Notes: generated by a model not told the origin, from the letters alone. DNA of 64,000 nt from Thermoanaerobaculia bacterium (GCA_963719225.1 CAVRAY010000001.1:288001-352000), one strand, 5' to 3'; positions 40,083 to 50,427 are shown, counted from the stretch's first letter. Made by a program: numbers and translations.

Positions 40083-40541
40083 TTGAAGAAAAGTGAAAAG
40101 GAAAAAAGCGGGCACTCGGCACACCGGGTGGGGACCGCGATCGGCGCCGTGAGCGCCGGGGTCGCCGGAGCGGCGGCGGGCGCCGCGATGGGCGGCCCGG
40201 TCGGAGCCGTCGTGGGCGCGGCCGCGGGCGCGGCCGTCGGCGCGGTCGCGGGCAACAGCTTCACCTCGGAGTTCGACGCCGCCGAGGAAGCGAGCTACTG
40301 GAGCGATCAATTCCAGCTCCGTCCCTACTACCGCTCCGGAACGACGTTCTCGGACTACGAACCTGCGTATCGGTACGGCTGGGAGACCGCGCGCCGTCCT
40401 GAGTTCAGACACCGGACGTTCGAGGAGCTCGAGGACGACCTGGCCGCGGAGTGGCGCCGGGAACGGGGCGCCGTCGGAGACGACTGGAAGCTCTACCGCG
40501 ACGCGGTGCGCGACGCCTGGCACCGGATCCGAAACGGCTGA
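40083..40541 (+). CDS. Glycine-zipper domain protein
   Basis: GAAAGAAMGGPVGAVVGAAAGA zipper; YW..RPYY..DYEPAYRYG; GGAGG RBS before TTG 40083. Confidence 0.75.
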   Translation: MKKSEKEKSGHSAHRVGTAIGAVSAGVAGAAAGAAMGGPVGAVVGAAAGAAVGAVAGNSFTSEFDAAEEASYWSDQFQLRPYYRSGTTFSDYEPAYRYGWETARRPEFRHRTFEELEDDLAAEWRRERGAVGDDWKLYRDAVRDAWHRIRNG

Positions 40542-40559
40542 AGGCCGGCGCGGTCCCGC

Positions 40560-41909
40560 CTACTTCCCGCCCGCGAAGATGGGCAGGGACGGCGCGGAGG
40601 GCGCGGGGGGAGCGATCGGCTCGTGCCCCGCGGGCGCGTCGGCCATGAGGACCGGCAGAATCTGACCCGTCAGCGGATTCCAGACCTTCACGCCCTCTTC
40701 CGTCCTGACCTCGAGCGGCTTTCGAATGAACGTCTCGCGCGCGGCGTTGTGCGCGCACATCGAGACGAAGCCGCGGTCGGTCGCGACCATGAACGTACAG
40801 GCGGCGACGCGCTCGGGATCGAGATCGTTCGCGTCCATGAAGTTGTGAATGATGAGCGTGAGCTTCCGGATCTCCTTCCGCCCCTCCCAGAGGGCGCGCG
40901 CGTGGCGCCCCGTGAACAGGACGAGCCGCTTCAGGATCAGGAAGAGAAAAGCCGGCCGCGCGAGGGACCAGAAGAGGACGCGCGCGCCCGTGCGGAAGGC
41001 ATTGATCCGCGAATAACGGAGGTCGGTCGTCTCGCGAATGATCGCCGCGAAGAGGGCCGCGTCCGTATTCAGGTCGAGGAAGCGGTCCTTCGCGAGAAGG
41101 ACGTAGGACACCGAGTTGCAATCCGGATGGCCGACGCGGATGTTGTCCCAGGAAAGCCCCGTCCCGCACGCCTCCTCGATGCGTCGGCGCACGTTCGGGA
41201 GCGTGATGGCGCTCGTCCTCTCGGTGAGGACGCCGCGTCCGGTCGCGGCCTGGATCTGGAACGAGGCGAGGCCCACGACGTCGGCGTTCTTCGAGAAGAA
41301 CCTCAGGAGGGCCGGAATCTCCGCGAGGTTGCCGTCGAAGACCGTCGTGTTGAAGATGACGTGAAGACCGAGGCCGCGCACCCTCTCGACGTACTCCTGC
41401 CGGATCGCGTTCAGGCTTTCTTCCGAAGCGTAGCCCTTGCGCTCCTGGGTGAGATCGACGTGGATGGCGACGTCCGTGAGTCCGGCTTCCTTCAGCTCCC
41501 GGGCGAGGTCTCGCGTGAGCTTGATGCCGTTCGTCATGAGCGAAGGCTCGAGACCGAGGTGAGCGGCTTCCCTCACGATCGCGACGAGCTCCTCGCGCTT
41601 GCGCAGCGTTGGGTCGCCGCCCGTGATCTGCACGCTCACGCCGTCTCCGTACCGTTCCCGCACGCGCGCGAGGCGCTCGAGGACGAGCGCGAGAGGGATG
41701 TCCTTGACCTTTTCGGACGACTCCGAGAGATAGCAGAGCGTGCAGTCGAGGTTGCAGCGTTGGGTGATCTCGACGGCGACGCATCCGACCGAATACCTTC
41801 GTCCGATGGCCTGCGCCGGGACGCGGAGCTTCGGGTCGAGCTTCTCGAAAGCCGCCTTCAGCTTCGCGCGCCGGCCGGGGAGGTCGTCGAAGACAGGGAG
41901 TCCTTCCAT
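40560..41909 (-). CDS. Radical SAM protein (Tes/MJ0619-like C-terminal motifs)
   Basis: CNLDCTLC, TGGDPT, MTNG, HPDC, FMDA..LD.ER..C..SMC..N. Confidence 0.85.
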   Translation of the reverse strand: MEGLPVFDDLPGRRAKLKAAFEKLDPKLRVPAQAIGRRYSVGCVAVEITQRCNLDCTLCYLSESSEKVKDIPLALVLERLARVRERYGDGVSVQITGGDPTLRKREELVAIVREAAHLGLEPSLMTNGIKLTRDLARELKEAGLTDVAIHVDLTQERKGYASEESLNAIRQEYVERVRGLGLHVIFNTTVFDGNLAEIPALLRFFSKNADVVGLASFQIQAATGRGVLTERTSAITLPNVRRRIEEACGTGLSWDNIRVGHPDCNSVSYVLLAKDRFLDLNTDAALFAAIIRETTDLRYSRINAFRTGARVLFWSLARPAFLFLILKRLVLFTGRHARALWEGRKEIRKLTLIIHNFMDANDLDPERVAACTFMVATDRGFVSMCAHNAARETFIRKPLEVRTEEGVKVWNPLTGQILPVLMADAPAGHEPIAPPAPSAPSLPIFAGGK

Positions 41910-41981
41910 GGGTTTCCATCATCTTATCCGTTTGAGACCCGGTCTCCGGATCACCGGGGCCTCCCGTCGTACCCTTGGCGG

Positions 41982-42461
41982 ATGAAAGCGCCCTCCGACG
42001 AGCGGTTCATGCGGGACGCCCTCGCGACGGCCGGCCGGGCTCTCGCGCATGGCGACGTGCCGGTCGGCGCCGCCGTCGTGAAGGATGGGGCGGTGCTCGC
42101 GCGGGGGCGCAACGCGCGGGAGAGAGACGGCGATCCCACCGCCCACGCCGAGATCGTCGCGATCCGGCGCGCGGCGAAGAAGCTCGGCACGTGGCGGCTC
42201 GAAGGCTGCACGCTGTACGTTACGCTCGAGCCCTGCGCGATGTGCGCGGGCGCGATGGTACTTGCGCGCCTCCCGCGGCTCGTCTACGGCGCCGCGGACC
42301 CCAAGGCGGGATTCACCGGCTCTCTCGGTGACCTCGTCCGGCATCCCCGGCTCAATCATCGAGTGGAGGTCACGGGGGGAATCCTCGGGACGGAATGCGG
42401 CAGAATGCTCGTGGAGTTCTTCAGTGAAAGACGAGCCGAAAAGCCCTACGCGGCGCGCTGA
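41982..42461 (+). CDS. tadA: tRNA adenosine(34) deaminase
   Basis: DVPVGA, DPTAHAE, TLEPCAMC, DPKAG, LNH. Confidence 0.95.
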   Translation: MKAPSDERFMRDALATAGRALAHGDVPVGAAVVKDGAVLARGRNARERDGDPTAHAEIVAIRRAAKKLGTWRLEGCTLYVTLEPCAMCAGAMVLARLPRLVYGAADPKAGFTGSLGDLVRHPRLNHRVEVTGGILGTECGRMLVEFFSERRAEKPYAAR

Positions 42462-43173
42462 GACGCCGTTCGACGCCCCGGAGGCGCCCGCCCTGCGCTG
42501 CCCTTCGTGCGGCGCCGCGGCCACGGAAGGCGATCGCGCGTGCGGGCACTGCGGCTCGCTCCTGTCGACGCGCCGGTGCGCGGTCTGCTTCGCGCTCTCG
42601 CCCCGGGATGCCGAACGCTGTGTGAGGTGCGGCGCGCTCCTCCCGGCCGAGGCTCTGAAACCGGCCGCCGGCAGCTGTCCGGACTGCCGTCAGCCGCTCG
42701 TCGCGCGGACGGCCGGAGTCGCCGGCTTCGCCGAGTGCGCCCGGTGCGGCGGCCTCTTTCTCGGGCAGGAGGTCTTCGACGCGGTTGCGAAGGACGCCGA
42801 CACGCGCCAGAAGGTCCGCGCGTACGACGAGATCCCACAGAAAGGGGCGAAGCCCGAAAAAGGCTTCCATTACCGCCCGTGCCCCGTTTGCCACAAGTTC
42901 ATGAACCGGTCGAATTACGGCGGAGGCTCGGGTGTCATCGTGGACGCCTGCGGGCCGCACGGCGTCTTCTTCGACAGGGGCGAGCTCACCCGCATCGTGG
43001 ATTTCCTCGAGAAGGGCGGCTGGGACCGGGTGAAAAAGCGCGAGAAGCAGAGGATGGAAGAAGAGATCTCCGCCCTGGAAAGCAGAAAGATGGGCGCGCT
43101 CGATCTCGGTTCGGGTCCCGGCGGCGGACTCACGGGAATCCTCGGGTTCCTCGCCTCGATCCGGGATCAATAG
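42424..43173 (+). CDS. Multiple zinc-ribbon (double zinc ribbon + zf-TFIIB) protein
   Basis: Seven CxxC motifs plus a C..HG motif; DAC..HGVFFDRGEL; start uncertain. Confidence 0.8.
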   Translation: MKDEPKSPTRRAETPFDAPEAPALRCPSCGAAATEGDRACGHCGSLLSTRRCAVCFALSPRDAERCVRCGALLPAEALKPAAGSCPDCRQPLVARTAGVAGFAECARCGGLFLGQEVFDAVAKDADTRQKVRAYDEIPQKGAKPEKGFHYRPCPVCHKFMNRSNYGGGSGVIVDACGPHGVFFDRGELTRIVDFLEKGGWDRVKKREKQRMEEEISALESRKMGALDLGSGPGGGLTGILGFLASIRDQ

Positions 43174-43311
43174 AAGTCCTCCGGAACGGAACCGGCTCCT
43201 CCAAATCGGCGGCGGGGTTCGCGGCGCGGGGCTGCTGAAAACGAGCGTGAAACGGGGAGATCTTTTCCCCCTGCGCCTGCTATCCTTTTTCTCGACCAAA
43301 GAGGTGACCAG

Positions 43312-46300
43312 GTGAAGCATGCCGTGCTCCGCGGGATTCTCCCGCTGCTGCTCGTGACCGCCGGAACCGCCGCCGCACAGGATCCCGTCGAAGCCCGGCT
43401 GAGCCGGCCCGTTCCGGCCGACATCGGGAAACCCTCCGAGATCGCGATGCGACGCGCCGCGAGTACGACGATGGACCTGCGCCTTCTCCCGCAGACGAAG
43501 CCTCCCAAGTTCGAGAGGCCTGAGCGCGAGGAGCCGCCGATCACGCGAGTCGAGCTTCCCGGAGGCCCTTCCGTCCCGAGCGCGCCCGTGCCCCCGGTGC
43601 GGAACGCTCCCGCTCCCCCGACGATCGCGAACTTCGATGGGCTCGACTTCACCACGTGGGGCGCCGGGCACCCGCCCGACACGAACGGTGACGTCGGTCC
43701 GAACCATTACATCCAGACGATCAACACCTCGATCGGGATCTACGCCAAGACGGGCGCTTCGATCGCGGCGTTCACGTTCAACACCTTCATGAGCCAGGGC
43801 AGCTTCGGCAATTTGTGCGACACGAACAATTTCGGCGACCCGGTCGTGCTCTACGACTCCTTCGAGGATCGCTGGGTGATCACCGACTTCGCCTTCCAGC
43901 TCAACAGCGGGAACGTCGTCAACCCTCCCGGGTCCTTTCAGTGCTTCGCGGTCTCGAAGACGGGTGACCCGGTGGCCGGCGGCTGGAACTTCTACTCGAT
44001 CAACACGGCCGGCGGGCTGGGCGATTACCCGAAGTTCGGGGTCTGGCCGGACGGCATCTACATGTCGGCGAACATGTTCGGATATCCGTCCGGCGCCCCC
44101 TTCCAGAACCCGCGCGTCTACGCGTTCAACAAGGCGCAGATGTATGCCGGCGCGCCGACCGTCCAGGTCGTCACGTTCAACGCGCCGTCTTCGGACTTCA
44201 CGCTGCTGCCGAGCAACGCGCGCCTTCAGACCGGCACTCCGCCCCTCGGCTCGCCCAACTACTTCGTCTCCAGCTGGCAGTTCCTGAACGCGCTCACGGT
44301 TTACAAGATGCACGTCGACTGGGTCCGTCCCGCGTTGTCGACGTTCACCGGACCGGACACGCCGCTGGCGGCCACGAGCTGGCCGAACGCGGCCGTGCCG
44401 AACGCTCCTTCGCAGGGCGGCAACGCCCTGGACGTCCTCCAGATCCGGGCGATGATGCAGAACCAGTACGTGAACCTGGCGGGCGTGGAGTCGCTCTGGC
44501 TGCCCCACACCGTGAGAAGGGGGAACACGACCGGCTTCGCGGCGCCGCGCTGGTACCAGGTGGACGTCACGGGCGGCACCGTCGCCGCCAACATTCCCCA
44601 GGCCTCCACGTGGGACCCGGATGGCGCGAACGTGATCTACCGCTTCATGCCGAGCCTGGCCTTGGACCGCGCGGGAAACATGGCCCTCGGCTACAGCACC
44701 TCCAACAGCACCACGAAGCCGGCGATCAAGTATGCCGGGCGGTTCGCCGGCGATCCGGTGAACATGCTGCCTCAGACGGAACAGCTCCTCATCCAGGGCA
44801 CCGGTACGCAGACCGGGAACTGCGGCGGCGTGGCTTGCCAGCGCTGGGGCGACTACAGCGCGATGTCGCTCGACCCGGACGGGTGCACCTTCTGGTACAC
44901 GAACATGTACTACGCGGTCGACGGGCTGAATCACCTCACCCGGATCGGCAGCTTCACGTTCGCTCCAAGCAACTGCACCCCGGTCGGGGCGGGCGGGACG
45001 CTCTCGGGCACGGTGACCGCCGCGGTCGGTGGCGCGCCGATCGCGGGAGCCACGATCACCTTCGGAAGCCGGACGACCACGACAGACGGCTCCGGCGTCT
45101 ATTCCTTCACGAGCGTCCCCGCCGGTACCTATCCGAGTGTTACGGCGGGCGCTCCGGGGTACAACCCGAGCACCGCGACGAACATCGTCATCTCCGACGG
45201 CGCAACCACGACCCAGGACTTCTCGCTCGCGACGGCCCCGCGTAGCGCGTGTCTCGCGGACACGACCCAGCTCGACTTCCAGACCGGGGTGCCGACCAAC
45301 ATCGACCTGACGACGAGCCCGGGCGACGTGACGCTGTCCAAACCGGATCTGATCGACCAGCAGAACACCGCGGGTACGACGACCGGGACGGGCTTTGGGA
45401 CGCCCGCCTGGACGGGGCAGACCTTCATTCCGGCGTTGACCGGGCCGCTCGTCAAAGCCGAGGTTCAACTCTTCTGCAATGGTTGCGGAGCGACCCCCCC
45501 CGACCTCACGCTTTCCGTTCGCAGCACGAGCGCCGGCCTGCCGACAGGCGCCGACCTCGCCAGCACGACGATTCCCGGCTCGACGTTCGCGAGCGGGGCG
45601 AGCGTCGCCTTCACGGCGACCTTCGGCTCGCCGGCAGCGCTGACGACCGGAACGCAGTACGCGCTGATCCTGCGTCCCGTGTCGGTTCCGGCCGGGAGCG
45701 GCTATTTCTGGATTCGCTCCAGCCCCAGCACGTACGCGAACGGCTCGCGAGTTCTTTCGGGGGACAGCGGGGGGACCTGGTCGGCCGACGCCACGCGGGA
45801 CTACAACTTCAAGACCTACGTGAACAACGGATACGCGAGCTCCGGGAACCTCGTCTCCTCCGTCAAGGACGTCAACCCCGGCGCAGGGCTCGTGCCGCAC
45901 TGGACAACGCTCTCCTGGACCGGGTCGACCCCCGCGAACACCTCGTTGAAGTTCCAGGTGGCGGCGAGCAACAGCCCCGCCGGACCGTTCGACTTCGTCG
46001 GCCCCGACAGCACCGCGGCCACGTTCTTCACGACGAGCGGCGCCCCGCTCTCGCAGTTCAACGGCATGAGGTACCTGAAGTACGAGGCATTCCTGGACAC
46101 GACGGACTCCGCGGCGACCCCGGTCCTGAACGACGTGACGGTCTGCTTCTGCGATGCGCCGGCGGCGCCGACGATCACGCCGGGAGGACCGACGACCTTC
46201 TGCTCCGGCGGCAGCGTCATGCTGACCTCGTCGAGCGCGTCCGGCAACGAGTGGTACCTGAACGGCAACCCGATCGGCGGCGCGACGGCGCAGACGTACA

Positions 46301-47256
46301 TCGCGACGGCCTCGGGCAACTACACGGTCGTCGTCACGGCGAGCGGCTGCTCGAGCGCGCCTTCCGCCGCCACGACGGTCACCGTCAATCCGGTTCCGCC
46401 CACGCCCACGATCACGCCCGGAGGCCCGACGGTGTTCTGCACGGGCGGCAGCGTCACGCTGACCTCGTCGAGCGCGTCCGGCAACCAGTGGTTCCTGAAC
46501 GGCAACCCGATCGGCGGCGCGACCAGCCAGAGCTACTTCGCCACCGCCTCGGGCAATTACACGGTCGTCGTCACGACCGGCGGCTGCGCGAGCGCGCCTT
46601 CCTCCGCGACCGCGGTCACGGTCAACCCGGCTCCTTCGACTCCGGTCGTCACGGCGCCGTCGTCGGTGTACCCGGGCTCTGTGGGCAACACCGCTTCCGT
46701 TCCCTCGAACGCGGGCTCGACGTACGCGTGGACGATCTCCAACGGAACGATCACGGGCGGCCAGGGAAGCGCGCAGATCACGTTCACCGCCGGATCCATC
46801 GGGACCTTGACGCTCTCGGTCGTCGAAACCGGCGCCAACGGCTGCGCCTCGCAGAGCGGTTCGGCGAACGTCGACGTCGTCGGCTACCAGTTCTTTGCGC
46901 TGACGCCCTGCCGCCTGCTGGACACGCGCGATCCCGACGGCCCGTACGGCGGTCCGGCGCTGCCTGCGCTGTCCTCGCGTACCTTCGTCGCGTCCGGCCA
47001 GTGCGGCATCCCCTCGGACGCGAAAGCCCTGGCGATCAACATCACCGTGACGGAGGGCGCAGCCGGCGGCGACATCGTCATCTGTCAGACGGGCATCGTT
47101 CCACCGGCGGTTCCGATCATCTCCTACGGCACCGGCCAGACGCGGGCCAACAACGGCATTCTGGCGCTCGGGGCCGGCGGCGACTTCATGGTGAAGAGCG
47201 AACAGCAGGCCGGCACGGTGCACGTGATCGTCGACGTGGAGGGTTATTTCCGATAG
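43312..47256 (+). CDS. Large secreted multidomain protein (propeller-like N-terminus, carboxypeptidase-regulatory-like domain, Ig repeats, PCRLLDTR C-terminal module)
   Basis: Signal peptide; PPDTNGDVGPNH, DYPK, RWGDYSAM; Ig-like repeats; ends ..HVIVDVEGYFR. Confidence 0.88.
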   Translation: MKHAVLRGILPLLLVTAGTAAAQDPVEARLSRPVPADIGKPSEIAMRRAASTTMDLRLLPQTKPPKFERPEREEPPITRVELPGGPSVPSAPVPPVRNAPAPPTIANFDGLDFTTWGAGHPPDTNGDVGPNHYIQTINTSIGIYAKTGASIAAFTFNTFMSQGSFGNLCDTNNFGDPVVLYDSFEDRWVITDFAFQLNSGNVVNPPGSFQCFAVSKTGDPVAGGWNFYSINTAGGLGDYPKFGVWPDGIYMSANMFGYPSGAPFQNPRVYAFNKAQMYAGAPTVQVVTFNAPSSDFTLLPSNARLQTGTPPLGSPNYFVSSWQFLNALTVYKMHVDWVRPALSTFTGPDTPLAATSWPNAAVPNAPSQGGNALDVLQIRAMMQNQYVNLAGVESLWLPHTVRRGNTTGFAAPRWYQVDVTGGTVAANIPQASTWDPDGANVIYRFMPSLALDRAGNMALGYSTSNSTTKPAIKYAGRFAGDPVNMLPQTEQLLIQGTGTQTGNCGGVACQRWGDYSAMSLDPDGCTFWYTNMYYAVDGLNHLTRIGSFTFAPSNCTPVGAGGTLSGTVTAAVGGAPIAGATITFGSRTTTTDGSGVYSFTSVPAGTYPSVTAGAPGYNPSTATNIVISDGATTTQDFSLATAPRSACLADTTQLDFQTGVPTNIDLTTSPGDVTLSKPDLIDQQNTAGTTTGTGFGTPAWTGQTFIPALTGPLVKAEVQLFCNGCGATPPDLTLSVRSTSAGLPTGADLASTTIPGSTFASGASVAFTATFGSPAALTTGTQYALILRPVSVPAGSGYFWIRSSPSTYANGSRVLSGDSGGTWSADATRDYNFKTYVNNGYASSGNLVSSVKDVNPGAGLVPHWTTLSWTGSTPANTSLKFQVAASNSPAGPFDFVGPDSTAATFFTTSGAPLSQFNGMRYLKYEAFLDTTDSAATPVLNDVTVCFCDAPAAPTITPGGPTTFCSGGSVMLTSSSASGNEWYLNGNPIGGATAQTYIATASGNYTVVVTASGCSSAPSAATTVTVNPVPPTPTITPGGPTVFCTGGSVTLTSSSASGNQWFLNGNPIGGATSQSYFATASGNYTVVVTTGGCASAPSSATAVTVNPAPSTPVVTAPSSVYPGSVGNTASVPSNAGSTYAWTISNGTITGGQGSAQITFTAGSIGTLTLSVVETGANGCASQSGSANVDVVGYQFFALTPCRLLDTRDPDGPYGGPALPALSSRTFVASGQCGIPSDAKALAINITVTEGAAGGDIVICQTGIVPPAVPIISYGTGQTRANNGILALGAGGDFMVKSEQQAGTVHVIVDVEGYFR
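46168..46630 (+). repeat. Intragenic tandem duplication, 237-bp period (two Ig-like domains)
   Basis: PTITPGGPTxFC...SSASGNxWxLNGNPIGGAT...ASGNYTVVVT occurs twice with high nucleotide identity. Confidence 0.9.
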
Positions 47257-47321
47257 CGCGACTTCGAGCCGCCTTGACGCCCGCCTCCGTTTCGGGGCAA
47301 CCTGCGCGTTCCGCCGCGCGC

Positions 47322-47411
47322 GGACAGGTGTCCGAGTGGTTTAAGGAACACGGTTGGAAGCCGTGCGTAGCCGAAAGGTTACCGTGGGTTCGAATCCCAC
47401 CCTGTCCGCCA
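47322..47411 (+). tRNA. tRNA-Ser (GGA)
   Basis: Long variable arm; CACGG-TTGGAAG-CCGTG; GCCA end. Confidence 0.95.
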
Positions 47412-47500
47412 TCGTTTCGACCCGGAAGAAAAAGATCCGGCACGTCTTTCGCACTCCCCGGTGTGGTGCCGCTCCCCGGTGCCGGAAAGGGGTCTGTCTG

Positions 47501-47974
47501 ATGAAGAACGTACTCCGCCCGACTCTCGCGTGTCTCGGGGTCTCTCTCTCTCTGCTTCTCGCCGCGCCGATCGCCGTGGCCGCGGGCGGCCCGTTGCTCG
47601 AGAAGGAGATCGAGGTCCCGCGCACGACGCGCATCCCACTCGACCTCAAGTGGGAGAAGTGCGCCCTCGTGGACGTCGAGACGCAGAACGAGCCGTCCGA
47701 AAAGACGATAAAGGCGGCAAAGGACCACGACCCGAAGGACCTCACGTTCCTCCTCGTGCGCTTCCGCTACGCGAATACCGACTGGGTCGACCATCGCGTG
47801 CGCCTTCGCGCGGTCTTGCTCGACGCGTCGGGAAACGTCGTCGCGGACGCCGGCCGGACGGGCACGATGGACAAGAACCAGACGGACGACACGCTCAGCT
47901 TCCCGATGAAGGTGAAGACCGTGGACTGGGCGAACGCTCAGAAGATGAAGGTCACCGCGAGCTTTCTGAAGTAG
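47501..47974 (+). CDS. Hypothetical secreted protein
   Basis: Signal peptide; strong codon bias; lies between two tRNA-Ser genes. Confidence 0.8.
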   Translation: MKNVLRPTLACLGVSLSLLLAAPIAVAAGGPLLEKEIEVPRTTRIPLDLKWEKCALVDVETQNEPSEKTIKAAKDHDPKDLTFLLVRFRYANTDWVDHRVRLRAVLLDASGNVVADAGRTGTMDKNQTDDTLSFPMKVKTVDWANAQKMKVTASFLK

Positions 47975-48007
47975 CAGCCCCTATAATCCGCCGTTCCGAT
48001 CGGCCGC

Positions 48008-48097
48008 GGTGAGGTGCTGGAGTGGTTGATCAGGACGGTCTCGAAAACCGTTTTACCCGAAAGGGTAACGTGGGTTCGAATCCCACCCTCACCGCCA
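48008..48097 (+). tRNA. tRNA-Ser (CGA)
   Basis: ACGGT-CTCGAAA-ACCGT; long variable arm; GCCA end; TATAAT upstream. Confidence 0.95.
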
Positions 48098-48174
48098 TTT
48101 CGCCCGTTCTTCTTGCCCGGACGTGAGCAGGCGCCTCGGAACCTCTTTCGGGGGGTTGGCGTATTACGTCCACA

Positions 48175-50427
48175 GTGTCCGAGAGCCGGCTGCGAGGGGT
48201 CGTCGTCCTCTCACTCTTGATCTGCGCCGGCGATGCCGCCGGGAGTGAACCGACGAAGGGCCCGGAGCTCCACGCCTCCCGGGTTGCCGGGCCGATCGTG
48301 GTCGACGGAGATCTCGATGACCCCGGTTGGCAGGGCGCGACCCGCGTGGAGACCTGGTATGAGACGAATCCAGGCGACAACCTTCCCGCCAAGCTGAAGA
48401 ACGTCGGGTACCTCGCCTACGACGACAAGTTCCTCTATGCGGGTTTCATGTTCGCCGACCCCGACCCATCCCGGATCCGCGCGCCCTTCGCGGACCGGGA
48501 CAACGTCTCGGGCTCCTCCACCGACTACGGCGGGCTCATCCTGGACACGAGAGGCGAGGCGAAGAACGCCATTCTCTTTCTCGCGACTCCGCGCGGCATC
48601 CAGTACGACGCCGTGACGGACGACAGCAGCGGCGAGGATTCGTCACCCGACTACCACTGGGAAGCCGCGGGCAAGATCACGAAGGTGGGCTGGCAGCTCG
48701 AGATCCGCATTCCGTTCTCCTCGCTGCGGTATCCCAAGGCCGAAGTCCAGAAGTGGAACGTCCTTCTCTACCGCAATTACCCGCGGGAGTTCCGCTACCA
48801 GATGTTCTCGGCGAAGCTGCCGCGAAACGAAAACTGTTTCATCTGCCACTCGAACCCGCTCTCGGGGCTTCAGGGGCTTCCCCGCGGGGGCAATCTCGTC
48901 GTGGCGCCGTACGGCACCGCGAAGGAGGAGGGCGTGCCGCGGGAGGGCCTCGGGAGCCCGCTCGTCAACCAGCCCGTCAAGCTGGACGGCGGACTCGACG
49001 TGAAGTGGACACCGAACGCCGTCACGGCCCTCGACGGCACGATCAATCCCGACTTCTCGCAGGTGGAATCCGACGTGGCCCAGCTCTCGGTCAACCAGCG
49101 CTTCGCCCTCTTCTATTCCGAGAAGCGCCCCTTCTTCCTGGAGGGAATCGATCTCTTCGCGACCCCGATCCAGGCCGTGTACACCCGGACCATCACGGCG
49201 CCCCGCTGGGGCGCGCGCGTCACGAGCAAGCTCGGGGGCACTTCGTTCACGGCGCTCGTGACCGAGGACAAGGGGGGAGGGAGCGTCATCCTTCCGGGGC
49301 CGAACGGCTCCAGGTTCGCCGACCAGGACTTCAGGTCTTTCGCCGCTGTCGGCCGGGTCCGGCACGAGATCGGAAACTCCTTCGCCAGTCTTCTCGTCGC
49401 CGATCGCGAGGTGCAGGGCGGCGGCTACAACCGGGTCATCGGTCCGGACTTCCAGTGGCGCCCGACGCCGCAAGACACCGTCCGGGGGCAGCTCCTCCTG
49501 AGCGCCTCGGAGACGCCTAATCGCCCCGAGCTCGCGGCCGAGTGGGACGGGCGAAAGCTTTCCGGGCACGCGGCGGACCTTTCGGCGTCCCGCAGCACGG
49601 CCGTCTTCGATGTGTACGGCGAATACAAGGACTTCGGAAAGGAGTTTCGCGCGGACGACGGCTTCGTCCCCCAGGTCGGCTTCCGGGAGGGCTACCTCGA
49701 GACCGGCTACACCCTCCGCCCGAAGAACGCCCCGATCACCCGACTCAGAACCTACCTGATCGGCGATTATCAGGCCGCGACGGAAGGCCCGCTGATCTTC
49801 CGGCAGATCTCTCCCGGGTTCGGGATGGACGGCCTCTGGAGCTCGTTCACGGGCATCCGGGTCGCGTTCGACCGCGTGCGGGCCGGCGACGTCACGATTT
49901 CCCGCACGCAGCTCATCTACACGGTGCAGCTCAGCCCTTCCCGCTTTTTCTCGCGGATCGCCCTCGACGGGTTCCTGGGAGAGGAGGTCGATTTCGACGG
50001 GGCGCGGCCGGGCCACGGGGGCCGGGTCACCGCATCCGCGAACATCCGCCCGACGAACCACCTCGAGCTGCAGTTCGACGGCGACCTCCGCTGGCTGAAC
50101 GTGAAGCCCTTCGAAGGAGCCGAAGCGAGACGCCTCTTCACCGCGGAGGTGGAGCGCCTGAAGGCCACGTACAACTTCACCGCCCGCTCGTATCTGCGGC
50201 TCATCGGCCAATACGTCCAGACGGAACGCGATCCGTCGCTGTACGCGATCCCGGTGAGCGAGCGCGATGGGTTCTTCAGCGGGTCGCTCCTCTTCGCGTA
50301 CAAGCTGAACTGGCAGACCGTCCTTTTCGTGGGCTATGGAGACAACCGGACCCTCGTCGAGGAAAACCGTCTCGAGAAGGCCGACCGTCAGTTCTTCCTG
50401 AAGGTCTCCTACGCGTTTCAGCGCTGA
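48175..50427 (+). CDS. CBM9-like + DUF5916 outer-membrane protein
   Basis: VDGDLDDP.W, EIRIPFSSLRY, INPDFSQVESD, EKRPFFLEG, FFLKVSYAF. Confidence 0.88.
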   Translation: MSESRLRGVVVLSLLICAGDAAGSEPTKGPELHASRVAGPIVVDGDLDDPGWQGATRVETWYETNPGDNLPAKLKNVGYLAYDDKFLYAGFMFADPDPSRIRAPFADRDNVSGSSTDYGGLILDTRGEAKNAILFLATPRGIQYDAVTDDSSGEDSSPDYHWEAAGKITKVGWQLEIRIPFSSLRYPKAEVQKWNVLLYRNYPREFRYQMFSAKLPRNENCFICHSNPLSGLQGLPRGGNLVVAPYGTAKEEGVPREGLGSPLVNQPVKLDGGLDVKWTPNAVTALDGTINPDFSQVESDVAQLSVNQRFALFYSEKRPFFLEGIDLFATPIQAVYTRTITAPRWGARVTSKLGGTSFTALVTEDKGGGSVILPGPNGSRFADQDFRSFAAVGRVRHEIGNSFASLLVADREVQGGGYNRVIGPDFQWRPTPQDTVRGQLLLSASETPNRPELAAEWDGRKLSGHAADLSASRSTAVFDVYGEYKDFGKEFRADDGFVPQVGFREGYLETGYTLRPKNAPITRLRTYLIGDYQAATEGPLIFRQISPGFGMDGLWSSFTGIRVAFDRVRAGDVTISRTQLIYTVQLSPSRFFSRIALDGFLGEEVDFDGARPGHGGRVTASANIRPTNHLELQFDGDLRWLNVKPFEGAEARRLFTAEVERLKATYNFTARSYLRLIGQYVQTERDPSLYAIPVSERDGFFSGSLLFAYKLNWQTVLFVGYGDNRTLVEENRLEKADRQFFLKVSYAFQR

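Noticed and set aside
34063-41900. Genomic island or prophage integrated at tRNA-Arg (also checked tRNA-Glu and both tRNA-Ser)
   Set aside because: No integrase or phage genes, no duplicated tRNA 3' end noticed by eye, and composition is host-like.
42421-47223. 1600-aa minus-strand ORF (and similar 700-1200 aa antisense ORFs elsewhere)
   Set aside because: Arg/Gly-rich shadow frames of high-GC3 genes, with no motifs.
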